A DNA stretch of 64,000 nt from Macrostomum lignano (lineage: Eukaryota): NCBI GenBank assembly GCA_002269645.1, contig NIVC01000512.1, positions 14,472-78,471 of the forward strand, read 5' to 3'. Both the position numbers and the translations under genes were made by a program. The notes beneath the pieces are model-generated. The model did no database searches and was not told the DNA's origin. It worked only from the letters and a program-made list of their open reading frames with translations. Positions 13,315-25,806 of this stretch are shown piece by piece. Numbering within the stretch: the stretch's first letter is position 1; the number at the start of each line of letters is the position of its first letter.

Positions 13315-13441
13315 ACAACAACAACAACCACAGCAGCAACAGCTGAAGCAACAACACAAAAAAGCGTCTGTAAAGCGACCGCTGCCTTTTCCGGGTCATG
13401 GCACGCCTTCATCTGCTTCTACTAGTAGCAGCAGGCAGTAA
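2356..13441 (+). CDS. Neuregulin/vein-like EGF-receptor ligand (SP - N-terminal Cys domain - Ig - EGF - TM - polyQ cytoplasmic tail), spliced gene
   Basis: Manually spliced with GT-AG ends and matching phases: 2356-2926 (signal peptide LLLLLLLLLPNASLG plus a Cys-containing domain), 5991-6189 (Ig first half LVCRANGLPRPRPLWLRDG), 8710-8828 (Ig second half RRASPDDAGNYTCVFRN), 9628-9675 (S/T linker), 10027-10129 (EGF C1-C4 CNYKNVTYCLNGGTCVISRITNKPSC), 10388-10464 (C5-C6 QCPEEYMGFFCE), TM exon 11334-11448 or 11843-11972, 12209-12272 (RRRRLDRKH stop-transfer), 12821-13441 (tail with ~Q16). Ig+EGF+TM is the neuregulin architecture, and an intron between EGF Cys4 and Cys5 is characteristic of EGFR ligands. 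Confidence 0.85.
6437..8272. repeat. 43-bp minisatellite in neuregulin-like intron 2
   Basis: Unit CTCTGGTCTGTAGTTCAGTCTTGTTATTCTTATCTCTCTCCCT, about 42 copies; variants with a TACCG insertion at the right end. Confidence 0.97.
11334..11448 (+). CDS. Alternative stalk+transmembrane exon A of the neuregulin-like gene
   Basis: ttgcag|...|gttag, 115 nt, phase 1 in and phase 2 out; reads TYIEQHLHRRVDR-LLTAVAVAIVAAVLCSILLLSWYLA-R. Confidence 0.75.
11843..11972 (+). CDS. Alternative stalk+transmembrane exon B of the neuregulin-like gene
   Basis: Long pyrimidine tract then ttgcag|...|gtgagt, 130 nt, phase 1 in and phase 2 out; reads SLIRNLAVAGVSETTLSTTT-LVAGLALIALFVVLLAICCMVA-DI. Confidence 0.7.
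12293..12493. repeat. 18-bp minisatellite with internal palindromes
   Basis: Unit AGTGATCACCGGTTCCCT, about 11 copies, starting 20 bp after the donor at 12273. Confidence 0.95.
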
Positions 13442-14455
13442 GGCACTGACCCGTGTATTCCCCTCACTGCTTAGGAACCGGGTTTCGTAACCCTGGAGTT
13501 CAGGCGTTCAAGCCACGAGTTCACGGCAAAGTACGAATCGATGGCTATTATACTACTAAGTCTCGGGCTCGCCTTGAGCCTGTTCCGGCAGCAAGACATT
13601 TCCATTGCAGCATCAGTAACGAATTTTTCCCTGCAGAAGGCAATGCAAGCTCAAGCTTTCATCCGAAAATACCAATTATGTAGTAAAGTTCAGAGTGAAC
13701 TAATGACATAGTTTTTCTACGTGATCTATCGTTGGAAAATTGCCAGTTACAAGGCTAAATCAAGCCGCCTACCCTTCGAAGTCGGCAAACCAATATATGC
13801 CAGTTTATATAGATAGCTAGCTGTAATGAACTACTCACTAGTAGCTTTAGTGAACATACAAATACTTTTCAATGCAGACCGTCGCTAGGAATGCACGCCT
13901 GATCTTTTAGGCACCGCTACATGTACAACTCTCCAGTTCATTGTGCGTATCATTTATATCAGCTTCAGTTCCGCTGCACACAACAGCTGACTGATTCGAC
14001 TCACTCCCTTGTTCGATGCAATTGCTTTAGACCGGAACTTGATGACAAATCTAATTGTGTTAGTTGTTGCTTTTGGCATGTGTTATAGCGTAGTTTTTTA
14101 ATAAATTATAATGGCAATAAGTGTTACTCCATTACGGAGGACTCGTATTTGTTGTCTTTGATTTCTGCAGCAAACAGTTTCTTTGGAGTTTTTTATTGGC
14201 AAAGTCGTAGCCAACACAAGGACCACTAGGAACAATTCGGCCTTGGCCCGACAATGCTAGAATTTTATACTCGAAATCAACTCTTGGGCGTCACCCATTG
14301 GGCGATTAGTTAACATTGGATGTTTCAATCCCTTTCAGGGCGTTGCCATGGATTTTATGGTGGGGGACAAAGCCAAGAATTCTACATATTGTATATGTAC
14401 ATGACGAAATCCCTATATGTACATTATTTTCAGAATGGTGCTGTCAGTGATTATT

Positions 14456-15601
14456 TTAGCGCCGCAGGCACTCATTTAAGCGCCGCAGGCACTCATTTTA
14501 GCGCCGCAGGCACTCATTTTAGCGCCGCAGGCACTCATTTTAGCGCCGCAGGCACTCATTTTAGCGCCACAGGCACTCATTTTAGCGCCACAGGCACTCA
14601 TTTCATTTTGGCGCCACAGGCACTCATTTTAGCGCCGCAGGCACTCATTTTAGCGCCGCAGGCACTCATTTTAGCGCCGCAGGCACTCATTTTAGCGCCA
14701 TAGGCACTCATTTTAGCGCCGCACTCATTTTAGCGCTGCTGGCACTCATTTTAGCGCCATAGGCACTCATTTTAGCGCCGCAGGCACTCATTTTAGCGCC
14801 GCACTCATTTTAGCGCCGCAGGCACTCATTTTAGCGCCATAGGCACTCATTTTAGCGCCGCAGGCACTCATTTTAGCGCCGCAGGCACTCATTTTAGCGC
14901 CGCAGGCACTCATTTTAGCGCCGCAGGCACTCATTTTAGCGCCGCAGGCACTCATTTTAGCGCCGCAGGCACTCATTTTAGCGCCGCAGGCACTCATTTT
15001 AGCGCCGCAGGCACTCATTTTAGCGCCGCAGGCACTCATTTTAGCGCCATAGGCACTCATTTTAGCGCCGCAGGCACTCATTTTAGCGCCGCAGACACTC
15101 ATTTTAGCGCCATAGGCACTCACTTTAGCGCCGCACTCATTTTAGCGCCGCAGGCACTCATTTTAGCGCCGCAGGCACTCATTTTAGCGCCATAGGCACT
15201 CATATTAGCGCCGCAGGCACTCATTTTAGCGCCGCAGACACTCATTTTAGCGCCATAGGCACTCATTTTAGCGCCGCAGGCACTCATTTTAGCGCCGCAG
15301 GCACTCATTTTAGCGCCGCAGGCACTCATTTTAGCGCCGCAGGCACTCATTTTAGCGCCGCAGGCACTCATTTTAGCGCCGCAGGCACTCATTTTAGCGC
15401 CGCAGGCACTCATTTTAGCGCCGCACTCATTTTAGCGCCGCAGGCACTCATTTTAGCGCCGCAGGCACTCATTTTAGCGCCGCAGGCACTCATTTTAGCG
15501 CCGCAGGCACTCATTTTAGCGCCGCAGGCACTCATTTTAGCGCCGCAGGCACTCATTTTAGCGCCGCAGGCACTCATTTTAGCGCCGCAGGCACTCATTT
15601 T
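14456..15601. repeat. 21-bp minisatellite
   Basis: Unit GGCACTCATTTTAGCGCCGCA, about 55 copies, with occasional 18-bp deletion units. Confidence 0.97.
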
Positions 15602-16104
15602 TGTCGCCCTGAAGCAAAATTATTGATTTCCATAACAGGTCAACAAAGGTGGGGTGGGGGGGACAAACCATTAGCATGTCCCCCCATAGCTCTTACTGGG
15701 GGGACCACTTTCACTCTTCACCGATCGCCCCACCCCACATTACGCTCACGGTATTGTACGCTTTCACTCAGCTCATAAATATATCGACCCAGAGTATCTC
15801 GCTCTAGAGGCTGTTTCGTTTTTCATCGTTTCAATAGCAACAGAATATAGTTTGTCTTTCATCTCGAGTTATTCTAGCAACCAAAGAATATAGACCTAGT
15901 AACAAAAATAGGCCCTAACCATTTTTACTAGGTATCTAAAATTTTAATTATTCTGGAGACTAGATTGTCAATATTTTTTGTCATTTAATTTTGTGTTGAA
16001 AAAATAATTTTCTCCTATCTCGGTAGTGTTTTTTCATGCAATTGACCCCCCAAAAAAAAATTTACATGACCTTTGAGTTTTACGTCCTGCTATATACAGT
16101 GGTC

Positions 16105-19100
16105 CTGCACTTCCCCTCCCGCACTTCCCCCCCGGCATTTCCCCCCGGCACTTCCCCTCCCTCACTTCCCCTCCCTCACTTCCCCTCCGGCACTTCCCCT
16201 CCCTCACTTCCCCTCCGGCACTCCCCCCGGCACTTCCCCTCCGGCACTCCCCCCGGCACTTCCCCTCCGGCACTTCCCCTCCGGCACTTCCCCTCCGGCA
16301 CTTCCCCTCCCGCACTTCCCCTTCCTCACTTCCCCTCCGGCACTTCCCCTCCGGCACTTCCCCTCCGGCACTTCCCCTCCGGCACTTCCCCTCCGGCACT
16401 TCCCCTCCCTCACTTCCCTTCCCTCACTTCCCCTCCGGCACTTCCCCTCCCGCACTTCCCCTCCGGCACTTCCCCTCCCGCACTTCCCCTCCGGCACTTC
16501 CCCTCCGGCACTTCCCTCCGGCACTTCCCCTCCGGCACTTCCCCTCCGGCACTTCCCCTCCGGCACTTCCCCTCCCGCACTTCCCCCCGGCACTTCCCCT
16601 CCCTCACTTCCCCTCCGGCACTTCCCCTCCGGCACTTCCCCTCCCTCACTTCCCCTCCGGCACTTCCCCTCCGGCACTTCCCCTCCGGCACTTCCCCTCC
16701 GGCACTTCCCCTCCCGCACTTCCCCTCCGGCACTTCCCCTCCGGCACTTCCCCTCCGGCACTTCCCCTCCGGCACTTCCCCTCCGGCACTTCCCCTCCGG
16801 CACTTCCCCTCCGGCACTTCCCCTCCGGCACTTCCCCTCCCGCACTTCCCCTCCCTCACTTCCCCTCCCTCACTTCCCCTCCGGCACTTCCCCTCCCGCA
16901 CTTCCCCCCTCACTTCCCCTCCGGCACTTCCCCTCCGGCACTTCCCCTCCCGCACTTCCCCTCCGGCACTTCCCCTCCCTCACTTCCTCTCCGGCACTTC
17001 CCCTCCGGCACTTCCCCTCCCGCACTTCCCCTCCCGCACTTCCCCCCCGGCATTCCCCCCGGCACTTCCCCTCCCTCACTTCCCCTCCGGCACTTCCCCT
17101 CCGGCACTTCCCCTCCCTCACTTCCCCTCCGGCACTTCCCCTCCCGCACTTCCCCCCCGGCATTTCCCCCCGGCACTTCCCCTCCCTCACTTCCCCTCCC
17201 TCACTTCCCCTCCGGCACTTCCCCTCCCTCACTTCCCCTCCCGCACTTCCCCCGGCACTTCCCCTCCGGCATTTCCCCCCCGGCACTTCCCCTCCCTCAC
17301 TTCCCCTCCCTCACTTCCCCTCCCTCACTTCCCCTCCGGCACTTCCCCTCCCGCACTTCCCCCCCGGCATTTCCCCCCCGGCACTTCCCCTCCCTCACTT
17401 CCCCTCCGGCACTTCCCCTCCGGCACTTCCCCTCCGCCACTTCCCCTCCGGCACTTCCCCTCCGGCACTTCCCCTCCGGCACTTCCCCTCCCTCACTTCC
17501 CCTCCCTCACTTCCCCTCCGGCACTTCCCCTCCCTCACTTCCCCTCCCTCACTTCCCCTCCGGCACTTCCCCTCTCGCACTTCCCCTCCGGCACTTCCCC
17601 TCCGGCACTTCCCCTCCGGCACTTCCCCTCCCTCACTTCCCCTCCGGCACTTCCCCTCCGCCACTTCCCCTCCCGCACTTCCCCTCCGGCACTTCCCCTC
17701 CGGCACTTCCCCTCCGGCACTTCCCCTCCCGCACTTCCCCCCCGGCACTTCCCCTCCCTCACTTCCCCTCCGGCACTTCCCCTCCGGCACTTCCCCTCCG
17801 GCACTTCCCCTCCGGCACTTCCCCTCCGGCACTTCCCCTCCGGCACTTCCCCTCCGGCACTTCCCCTCCCGCACTTCCCCTCCCTCACTTCCCCTCCCTC
17901 ACTTCCCCTCCGGCACTTCCCCTCCCGCACTTCCCCTCCCTCACTTCCCCTCCGGCACTTCCCCTCCGGCACTTCCCCTCCCGCACTTCCCCCCGGCACT
18001 TCCCCTCCCTCACTTCCTCTCCGGCACTTCCCCTCCGGCACTTCCCCTCCCTCACTTCCTCTCCGGCACTTCCCCTCCGGCACTTCCCCTCCCGCACTTC
18101 CCCTCCCGCACTTCCCCCCCGGCATTTCCCCCCGGCACTTCCCCTCCCTCACTTCCCCTCCGGCACTTCCCCTCCGGCACTTCCCCTCCCTCACTTCCCT
18201 CTCGGCACTTCCCCTCCCGCACTTCCCCCGGCACTTCCCCTCCGGCACTTCCCCTCCGGCACTTCCCCTCCGGCACTTCCCCTCCCTCACTTCCCCTCCG
18301 GCACTTCCCCTCCGGCACTTCCCCTCCGGCACTTCCCCTCCCGCACTTCCCCTCCGGCACTTCCCCTCCGGCACTTCCCCTCCGGCACTTCCCCTCCGGC
18401 ACTTCCCCTCCCGCACTTCCCCTCCCTCACTTCCCTTCCGGCACTTCCCCTCCCGCACTTCCCCTCCCTCACTTCCCCTCCGGCACTTCCCCTCCGGCAC
18501 TTCCCCTCCCTCACTTCCCCTCCGGCACTTCCCCTCCCGCACTTCCCCCCCGGCATTTCCCCCCGGCACTTCCCCTCCCTCACTTCCCCTCCCTCACTTC
18601 CCCTCCGGCACTTCCCCTCCCTCACTTCCCCTCCCACACTTCCCCCGGCACTTCCCCTCCGGCATTTCCCCCCCGGCACTTCCCCTCCCTCACTTCCCCT
18701 CCCTCACTTCCCCTCCCTCACTTCCCCTCCGGCACTTCCCCTCCCGCACTTCCCCCCGGCATTTCCCCCCGGCACTTCCCCTCCCTCACTTCCCCTCCGG
18801 CACTTCCCCTCCGGCACTTCCCCTCCGCCACTTCCCCTCCGGCACTTCCCCTCCGGCACTTCCCCTCCGGCACTTCCCCTCCCTCACTTCCCCTCCCTCA
18901 CTTCCCCTCCGGCACTTCCCCTCCCGCACTTCCCCTCCCTCACTTCCCCTCCGGCACTTCCCCTCTCGCACTTCCCCTCCGGCACTTCCCCTCCGGCACT
19001 TCCCCTCCGGCACTTCCCCTCCCTCACTTCCCCTCCGGCACTTCCCCTCCGCCACTTCCCCTCCCGCACTTCCCCTCCGGCACTTCCCCTCCGGCACTTC

Positions 19101-20265
19101 CCCTCCGGCACTTCCCCTCCCGCACTTCCCCCCGGCACTTCCCCTCCCTCACTTCCCCTCCGGCACTTCCCCTCCGGCACTTCCCCTCCGGCACTTCCCC
19201 TCCGGCACTTCCCCTCCGGCACTTCCCTCCGGCACTTCCCCTCCGGCACTTCCCCTCCCGCACTTCCCTCCCTCACTTCCCCTCCCTCACTTCCCCTCCG
19301 GCACTTCCCCTCCCGCACTTCCCCTCCCTCACTTCCCCTCCGGCACTTCCCCTCCGGCACTTCCCCTCCCGCACTTCCCCCCGGCACTTCCCCTCCCTCA
19401 CTTCCTCTCCGGCACTTCCCCTCCGGCACTTCCCCTCCCTCACTTCCTCTCCGGCACTTCCCCTCCGGCACTTCCCCTCCCGCACTTCCCCTCCCGCACT
19501 TCCCCCCCCGGCACTTCCCCTCCGGCACTTCCCCTCCCGCACTTCCCCTCCCTCACTTCCCCTCCCTCACTTCCCCTCCGGCACTTCCCCTCCGGCACTT
19601 CCCCTCCCTCACTTCCCCTCCGGCACTTCCCCTCCGGCACTTCCCCTCCCGCACTTCCCCTCCGGCACTTCCCCTCCCTCACTTCCTCTCCGGCACTTCC
19701 CCTCCGGCACTTCCCCTCCCGCACTTCCCCTCCGGCACTTCCCCTCCGGCACTTCCCCTCCCGCACTTCCCCTCCCGCACTTCCCCCCTCGGCATTTCCC
19801 CCCGGCACTTCCCCTCCCTCACTTCCCTCCGGCACTTCCCCTCCGGCACTTCCCCTCCCTCACTTCCCCTCCGGCACTTCCCCTCCCGCACTTCCCCCCC
19901 GGCATTTCCCCCGGCACTTCCCCTCCGGCACTTCCCCTCCCGCACTTCCCCCCGGCATTTCCCCCGGCACTTCCCCTCCCTCACTTCCCTCCCTCACTTC
20001 CCCTCCGGCACTTCCCCTCCAGCACTTCCCCGCCCGCACTTCCCCTCCCGCACTTCCCCCCCGGCATTTCCCCCCGGCACTTTTCCTCCCTCACTTCCCT
20101 CCCGCACTTCCCCCGGCACTTCCCCTCCCGCACTTCCCCCCCGGCATTTCCCCCCGGCACTTCCCCTCCGGCACTTCCCCTCCGGCACTTCCCCTCCGGC
20201 ACTTCCCCCCCGGCACTTCCCCCCCGGCACTTCCCCTCCGGCACTTCCCCTCCGGCACTTCCTTT
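16105..20265. repeat. 14-bp C-rich minisatellite, about 4.2 kb
   Basis: Unit (GG/CG/CT)CACTTCCCCTCC, about 300 copies; internal 1.39-kb higher-order duplication. Confidence 0.97.
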
Positions 20266-20616
20266 CCGAGGGTAAGTTTTCTTAAGTCGCATATTAAACT
20301 TTTTATCCAATTTGGATGGCGGTGCTCACTGCACACACTGCTACAAATATCTACCCAAATACAGACTAGCTTTCTGTGCACTACCGGGTTTGCTGCTTGT
20401 TTATGAACTTCCTCTTTCACCAAAGTACACCACAATTTTGATCTGCTTGCTGTAGTTCCTTGTTCTAATTTAAACTCTGTCACGCAAAAAGTCACTCGTA
20501 CACCAGGGCCCATGGTGTACATGTGGCCTGGCCCACGCAGCCTCTCTATCCGGCCCTCGGCTTATTTCGACTCTTCGCAATACCAACCGTCCGCTCAAGG
20601 TTGGTGTCTCTTTTTC

Positions 20617-20718
<102 letters not shown>

Positions 20719-20989
20719 ACATTCTCTCTTCTCTCTTTTATCCCCACTTCTCTTTCCCCTTTTTAGTTCCGTATTGGAGCGCGAGTCCAGCTGTGCAAGT
20801 TATGGGGATGAAATTAAGCTAGCTTAGTTCCTTATTTTTCCTTTCCATGCTTCCATTCCACTTCATTGGCCAGGCGGTTACCCAGCCCCATCCGCACTGC
20901 TATGTATATGCCCTCGCGGAAGCTGAAGCATCCAAGTACGACTTGTATTGCACCATTTTGTAGATTCTTTCGTATCAGCCGCAGATGCC

Positions 20990-22414
20990 ATGGGAGGCTT
21001 CGTTTCTAAACAAAAGTCAGCCGAATTCAAATGCCTTTCTAACGTGCTGAAGCTCGTGAAATGCCTGAAGAATGAAGAATTGTGGCGCTCGATTCAATCG
21101 GTGGACACGGAGACGAAAAAGATCAATCAAAACGGTTTTAAAGTTAAGGAAATCCTTCCATTCGTAGACCTTATTTGTCTTGCCCAGACGACATGCAAAA
21201 AGCTGTTCGAACTTCGAATAGTTGCCGAACGGAAGGACAGAGCGCTCCACAAAGAAGCAAAAGATCTCTGTGCATGTGTAAATAAAAAGGCTTCACAGCT
21301 CAAATTCTGCGGCAAGAAGCTGGCTCCGGTCCTGGATGAACTTGTCAAGGTTTGTCTTAAGATTTGTGACTCTATCGGTGACTTGGATTCTCGCCTCCAG
21401 AACTCAAAGGTAAGCGAGGACGAACTGAGAAAGCTGCGTGCTTCCACAGGGCAGGCAGGCAGGGAAGCATCTGAGATCGATATTCCTGTCCGCAGCATTC
21501 GTCAGATGGTCGGCTACTTCAAAAAGATACCGCTGAAAACGCTTGATGATGCCAGGTGTGTGGACTTCGGAAGCAAGCGAATTTCCGGGCTGTACCAGGA
21601 TTTGATCGTACGAAGGTCGAAGAAGACAACCAATATGTGGAATAAGAAGTGTGGCATCTGTTCTGGTTGGGGTCAAGAGAGTCAAGATAGCCAACTGTCA
21701 GCGGCTCGACCTTCGATTCACTCTGTCGGAACCTGCTTCGTGTGCGAGGCCTGCGCCCTGGCGACTCTGAAGTCCTCCAACACAGACTATTTTCGAGATC
21801 GGACAAAAGCTATCCAGAAAGAAATCAAGCGGCTAACAAAAAAGTCTCCAAAATACGGGTACAAGGACAAGCTATCTGCGCTGACAACTGAGGCCGAGAG
21901 AGTGCCGCTGCTACCAAGCACTCTCGTCAAGAAGGTGAAGAAGAGCTTGAAGAAACTACGGAAAGCAAAAAACGAAAAGAAGCAAGTAATTCTATCAGAG
22001 ATATGCAGCAGCTTGGTCAGGCTGTCGGAGGCAATGGGAAATTTCCGGGACGGACTCGAAACATTTGAAGGCGAGGCGAATAAGCTGCTTAACGAAGTAA
22101 ACGGAGATGCCCGTATCAGGCAGGCCAAGGTTGAAAAAAATCGAAAACTGCAGGTTGAATGTATTAAAGCAGGAACTTCATATGCAAGTTCCAAAGCGGA
22201 TGCGGCACTGTCTCTCTCACGTCAGAACCAGTACCCAGATCATTCAGAAGCGCTGAAGCTCTCCACTCAGAAAGCTGAAGTGTCTGAGGACGCCCGGAAC
22301 CAGCTGACAGGTTTGGTGGACTCCGTCAGGTCTCTGGCCGACAGCGCAGTCGAGCTCTGCGAAGCTGTGAAGATAATGATCGTAGAGTACAGAGCTTTGG
22401 GCAATGAGTCATAG
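20990..22414 (+). CDS. Uncharacterised intronless 474-aa protein, copy 1 (N-myristoylation motif, helical/basic, CxxC...CxxCxxC)
   Basis: Uninterrupted ORF from ATG 20990 (MGGFVS: Gly2 and Ser6). Near-identical paralogue at 27830 with only in-frame indels; AATAAA at 22820-22825. No family recognised. Confidence 0.75.
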   Translation: MGGFVSKQKSAEFKCLSNVLKLVKCLKNEELWRSIQSVDTETKKINQNGFKVKEILPFVDLICLAQTTCKKLFELRIVAERKDRALHKEAKDLCACVNKKASQLKFCGKKLAPVLDELVKVCLKICDSIGDLDSRLQNSKVSEDELRKLRASTGQAGREASEIDIPVRSIRQMVGYFKKIPLKTLDDARCVDFGSKRISGLYQDLIVRRSKKTTNMWNKKCGICSGWGQESQDSQLSAARPSIHSVGTCFVCEACALATLKSSNTDYFRDRTKAIQKEIKRLTKKSPKYGYKDKLSALTTEAERVPLLPSTLVKKVKKSLKKLRKAKNEKKQVILSEICSSLVRLSEAMGNFRDGLETFEGEANKLLNEVNGDARIRQAKVEKNRKLQVECIKAGTSYASSKADAALSLSRQNQYPDHSEALKLSTQKAEVSEDARNQLTGLVDSVRSLADSAVELCEAVKIMIVEYRALGNES

Positions 22415-22812
22415 GTGTGAACATAATGATCGTAGAGTACAGAGCTCTGGATAATGAGTCATAGGCGTGAACATAATGATCGTAGAGTACAGAGCTTTGG
22501 GCAATGAGTCATAGCTGTGAACATAATGATCGTAGAGTACAGAGCTCTGGACAATGAGTCATAGGTGTGAACATAATGATCGTAGAGTACAGAGCTCTGG
22601 ACAATGAGTCATAGCTGTGAACATAATGATCGTAGAGTACAGAGCTCTGGACAATGAGTCATAGGTGTGAACATAATAATCGTAGAGTACAGAGCTTTGG
22701 ACAATGAGTCATAGGTGTGAACATAATGATCGTAGAGTACAGAGCTGTGGACAATGAGTCATAGGTGTGAACATAATGATCGTAGAGTACAGAGCTCTGG
22801 ACAATGAGTCAT
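22367..22812 (+). repeat. 50-bp array made of the ORF's last 13 codons plus stop (about 9 units), copy 1
   Basis: Unit ATAATGATCGTAGAGTACAGAGCTTTGGACAATGAGTCATAGGTGTGAAC; the first unit is the coding 3' end. Confidence 0.95.
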
Positions 22813-23744
22813 TGGTAGAAATAAAGTTTGCTTAGACGCGTATTAATGTTATGTTTGGTTAAAAAGCAAAACAATTTGATTTGATTATCACAATTGTCAC
22901 GTTTGATTATCACAACAATAGTTTTCTAAGCTTAAAGTTTATATTTCTCTTTCTAGTATTTATCATTCTTAGAATCGCAAATATACATGTTTATCCCAGA
23001 CAAAAGTAAAATCCTAGTAGCTTAAACCCCATTTGTCGATTTGTTAGTATCAATAGTTTAGAGTTAGACTTTAGACTTTGTCAGTTATCGTCTAACATAC
23101 CTTTTTCGAAGTTTTCGCAGTTTGTTTTCGTAATTTTTATTCATTTTTTCATTATTCGTGTAAATTTGGTCATCTTTGTTTCGTTGTGTTTGAAATTTTG
23201 TTTAGAGATGAAGTTTTTTTCTATCTAAAATAGAAATGAAGTCTTTTTAAATACACATTAAATGCGTTGCGATTAGACGTCTCACTGTTTTCATTTAAAG
23301 TCTAGAAATTGCAGGGGATTTAAGATTTCAAATTAAGGTCAAATTGTGGCGGTCAAATTGTTGCAGTCACATTGTGGCGGTCAAATTGAGGCGGTCAAAT
23401 TGTCCGTTTGTCGTGTTTGTTCCACTTCTCTGCCTTTCCGAAGAGGATTGCCGCATCCTTGCGTTCGAGTGCCTCCTTCGAGACAATCGCAGCTTCAGGG
23501 AAGAACGCCATCTCGGTCAGCCAGGCCGGTTGTTGCTAGGCGGTTGTGGGGCTAGTGCTTATATAGACCTCAGAAAATGGCATGATACCAGCAAACCTCA
23601 GCAAAACAACATTCCGCGCGCTTTTACCAAATGTCAAAGGGACAACCAGCGCGCAGATTTTTTTCTAAATTTGCATGCAAGAAGCGTGAAGATAACTTGG
23701 AGATAACTTGGATTTGGAGAGGCTTCTGGAAATGTAGATTATAC

Positions 23745-25806
23745 ATGTAGGGGTGGCCATTCCGAGTCACAACACCAGCAAGGGCGCCTTTTGAGACGTC
23801 AGTTGTGATGGTGACCTCCTTCTCCAAGGAATAAGGTTGCACCACAGGCTGCGACGTAATCTCTTGCTTAAGTGCTTCAAACGCTCGATTCCAGGCATCC
23901 GTCCACTCAAACGCGACGTTGTCCAGCCGTAACTCTTTTAGCGGCTTCGCTTTGCCGGCAAAGTTGGGGATGAGCCTGCCGAAGAAATTTACCAAGCCAA
24001 TGAAATGCTCTAGCTTCTTTTTGTCTAATGGGACAGCAATGCGTTTGATTTTCTCCACAAGTCGGTTGTCTGGCTTGATGCCGGCTGCGGAAATTTGGAA
24101 GCCAAGAAAAGAAATTTAATCGATCTCCTCAACGCACTTGGCTTCATTGATTGTAACTTGTTTCTCGGCTAGCCTGGTTTTCACGGAGCGCAAGCGCTTG
24201 TGCAGGGAGTCAGAGTTTTCAGCAAAAACCAGCACATCGTCCTGGTAGATCAAAACGCTCTTCATGTCGGAGAGAATCTGTTCCATTGTGCGTTGAAAAA
24301 TAAAGGACGCGTTCTTCATACCCATCTGCAAGCGTTTTACGCGGAACAGTCCTTTAGAAGTGTTTGTGATTGACAGCTCTTGCGCAGCCTCATTCAGCTT
24401 GATCTGCCAGTAGGCAGATCGCAAATCAACAGAGGCAAACTTTTTTGCGTTTTTCAACTTGGCCAGGAGATGCTCTACACTAGGAATAGGGTAATCCTCA
24501 GACTTAACTTTCGCATTCACATGTACGCTGAAATCAGCGCAAATTATCTGAGTGACCCGTCCTTCTTCTTCACCCATACAACCGGGGAGGAGTTGCTTAC
24601 CGGGCCGTCAACAGGCTTGATCACACCCAGTTGTTGAAGTCCCTCCAGCTCAGCGTTTACCACAGACTCCATAGCAATTGGCACAAGACGGGCTCGGCAA
24701 AACTTTGGGGCAGCGCCTTCCACGAGTGAAATCTTCGCCTCAGCGCCCTTAGCTCGTAATCAACGAAAGTGTTTTGTCCTCCTTGGGAGCGGCTTCAGTC
24801 ACGTTGAAGAGACTGTCAGATTGCAGAAGATCACGGCTTAGCAGACCAAACTGCTTCTCAGCTTTGACAACGGTCAGCTGCATGAGCGGGATGTAGCCGG
24901 CCACGGTCTATGGTAGTCGTGAGAGTGCCGAGGACCTTGAGATCGTGACCATCGTAGGCCTGCAAGTGGCGATGACATTTTTGGAGCGGTGGCCTCTTTA
25001 GAGACTCCCAGATGGTGGATGAGATGACAGTCACTGCAGCTCCCGTGTCCAGCTGCATGGGAACGCGGACCTCGCCGATGACGATGTTCTCCATATTGGC
25101 GTCGACGGAGTTAACTGAGCTTATCTCACCAACGTGAAGATCTTTTACATCACGAGGCGTCATAGAGCCTTCCATATGATGTGTCTGCTTGGGTCGAGAA
25201 GATCGACAAACACTAGCAAAGTGATTCGGCTTTGTGCACTTACTGCATGTTTTTCCATAGGCGGGACATTTCCCCACTGGATGCGACCTTCCACAGTAGC
25301 CACAGCCACGTTTGATGGCATTAGGGCGTCCCGAGTCGTTGTGATGAATCTCCTTGGATGACTCATGAGCAGAGTTCGCAATTGTCACGCTGACCCCGTC
25401 AATCGTTCGTTCGTTCTGTCTTCAATGAATCAAAACTGCAGTGATTGGCAGCTTTACGTAGTCTAGTTAGTAAGTCCGGCAATACTTAGCCTTCATTCTG
25501 TCGCAGAAAGTAGAATTTTGTGCGCTCCGCTAGCATAATTCGGGTCTTAGGCTGCAGGTAAGCTGTGATGGCCTCTTGTATTGCGTCAAATGTTTATGTC
25601 TCGATAGCTTTTGGAGCAAGCAGAGCTGTGAGCTTCTCGAGGGCTGGTAGGCCACAAATAGCGATGAAATTGTCCGCGATCCGTTTTCCATCTTCATTAT
25701 CTTGCCATTGTTTTGCTCGGGCAAGCGCACGAAATGCTGTCAGCCAAGTCACCAAGTTCAGTTCAGATTCAGTTAGATTTAAAGGTCCAAGGTGTTGCAA
25801 CGCCAC
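23745..25806 (-). mobile_element. Degenerate Ty3/Gypsy LTR retrotransposon gag-pol (no integrase), 3'-truncated
   Basis: gag N-terminus (WLTAFRALARAK), zinc knuckle (CGYCGRSH...CSKCTKPNHFASVC), protease LDTGA, RT (DLRSAYWQI, LQMG, YQDD), RNase H start (TTDVSKGALAGV). Broken into several frames with internal deletions. Confidence 0.92.

Noticed and set aside
16036-20406. 1456-aa and 1400-aa Pro-rich ORFs (and the - strand EGKCRRGSAGG ORFs)
   Set aside because: Translations of a 14-bp tandem repeat that lacks stop codons; the unit length is not a multiple of 3 and the frame switches constantly.
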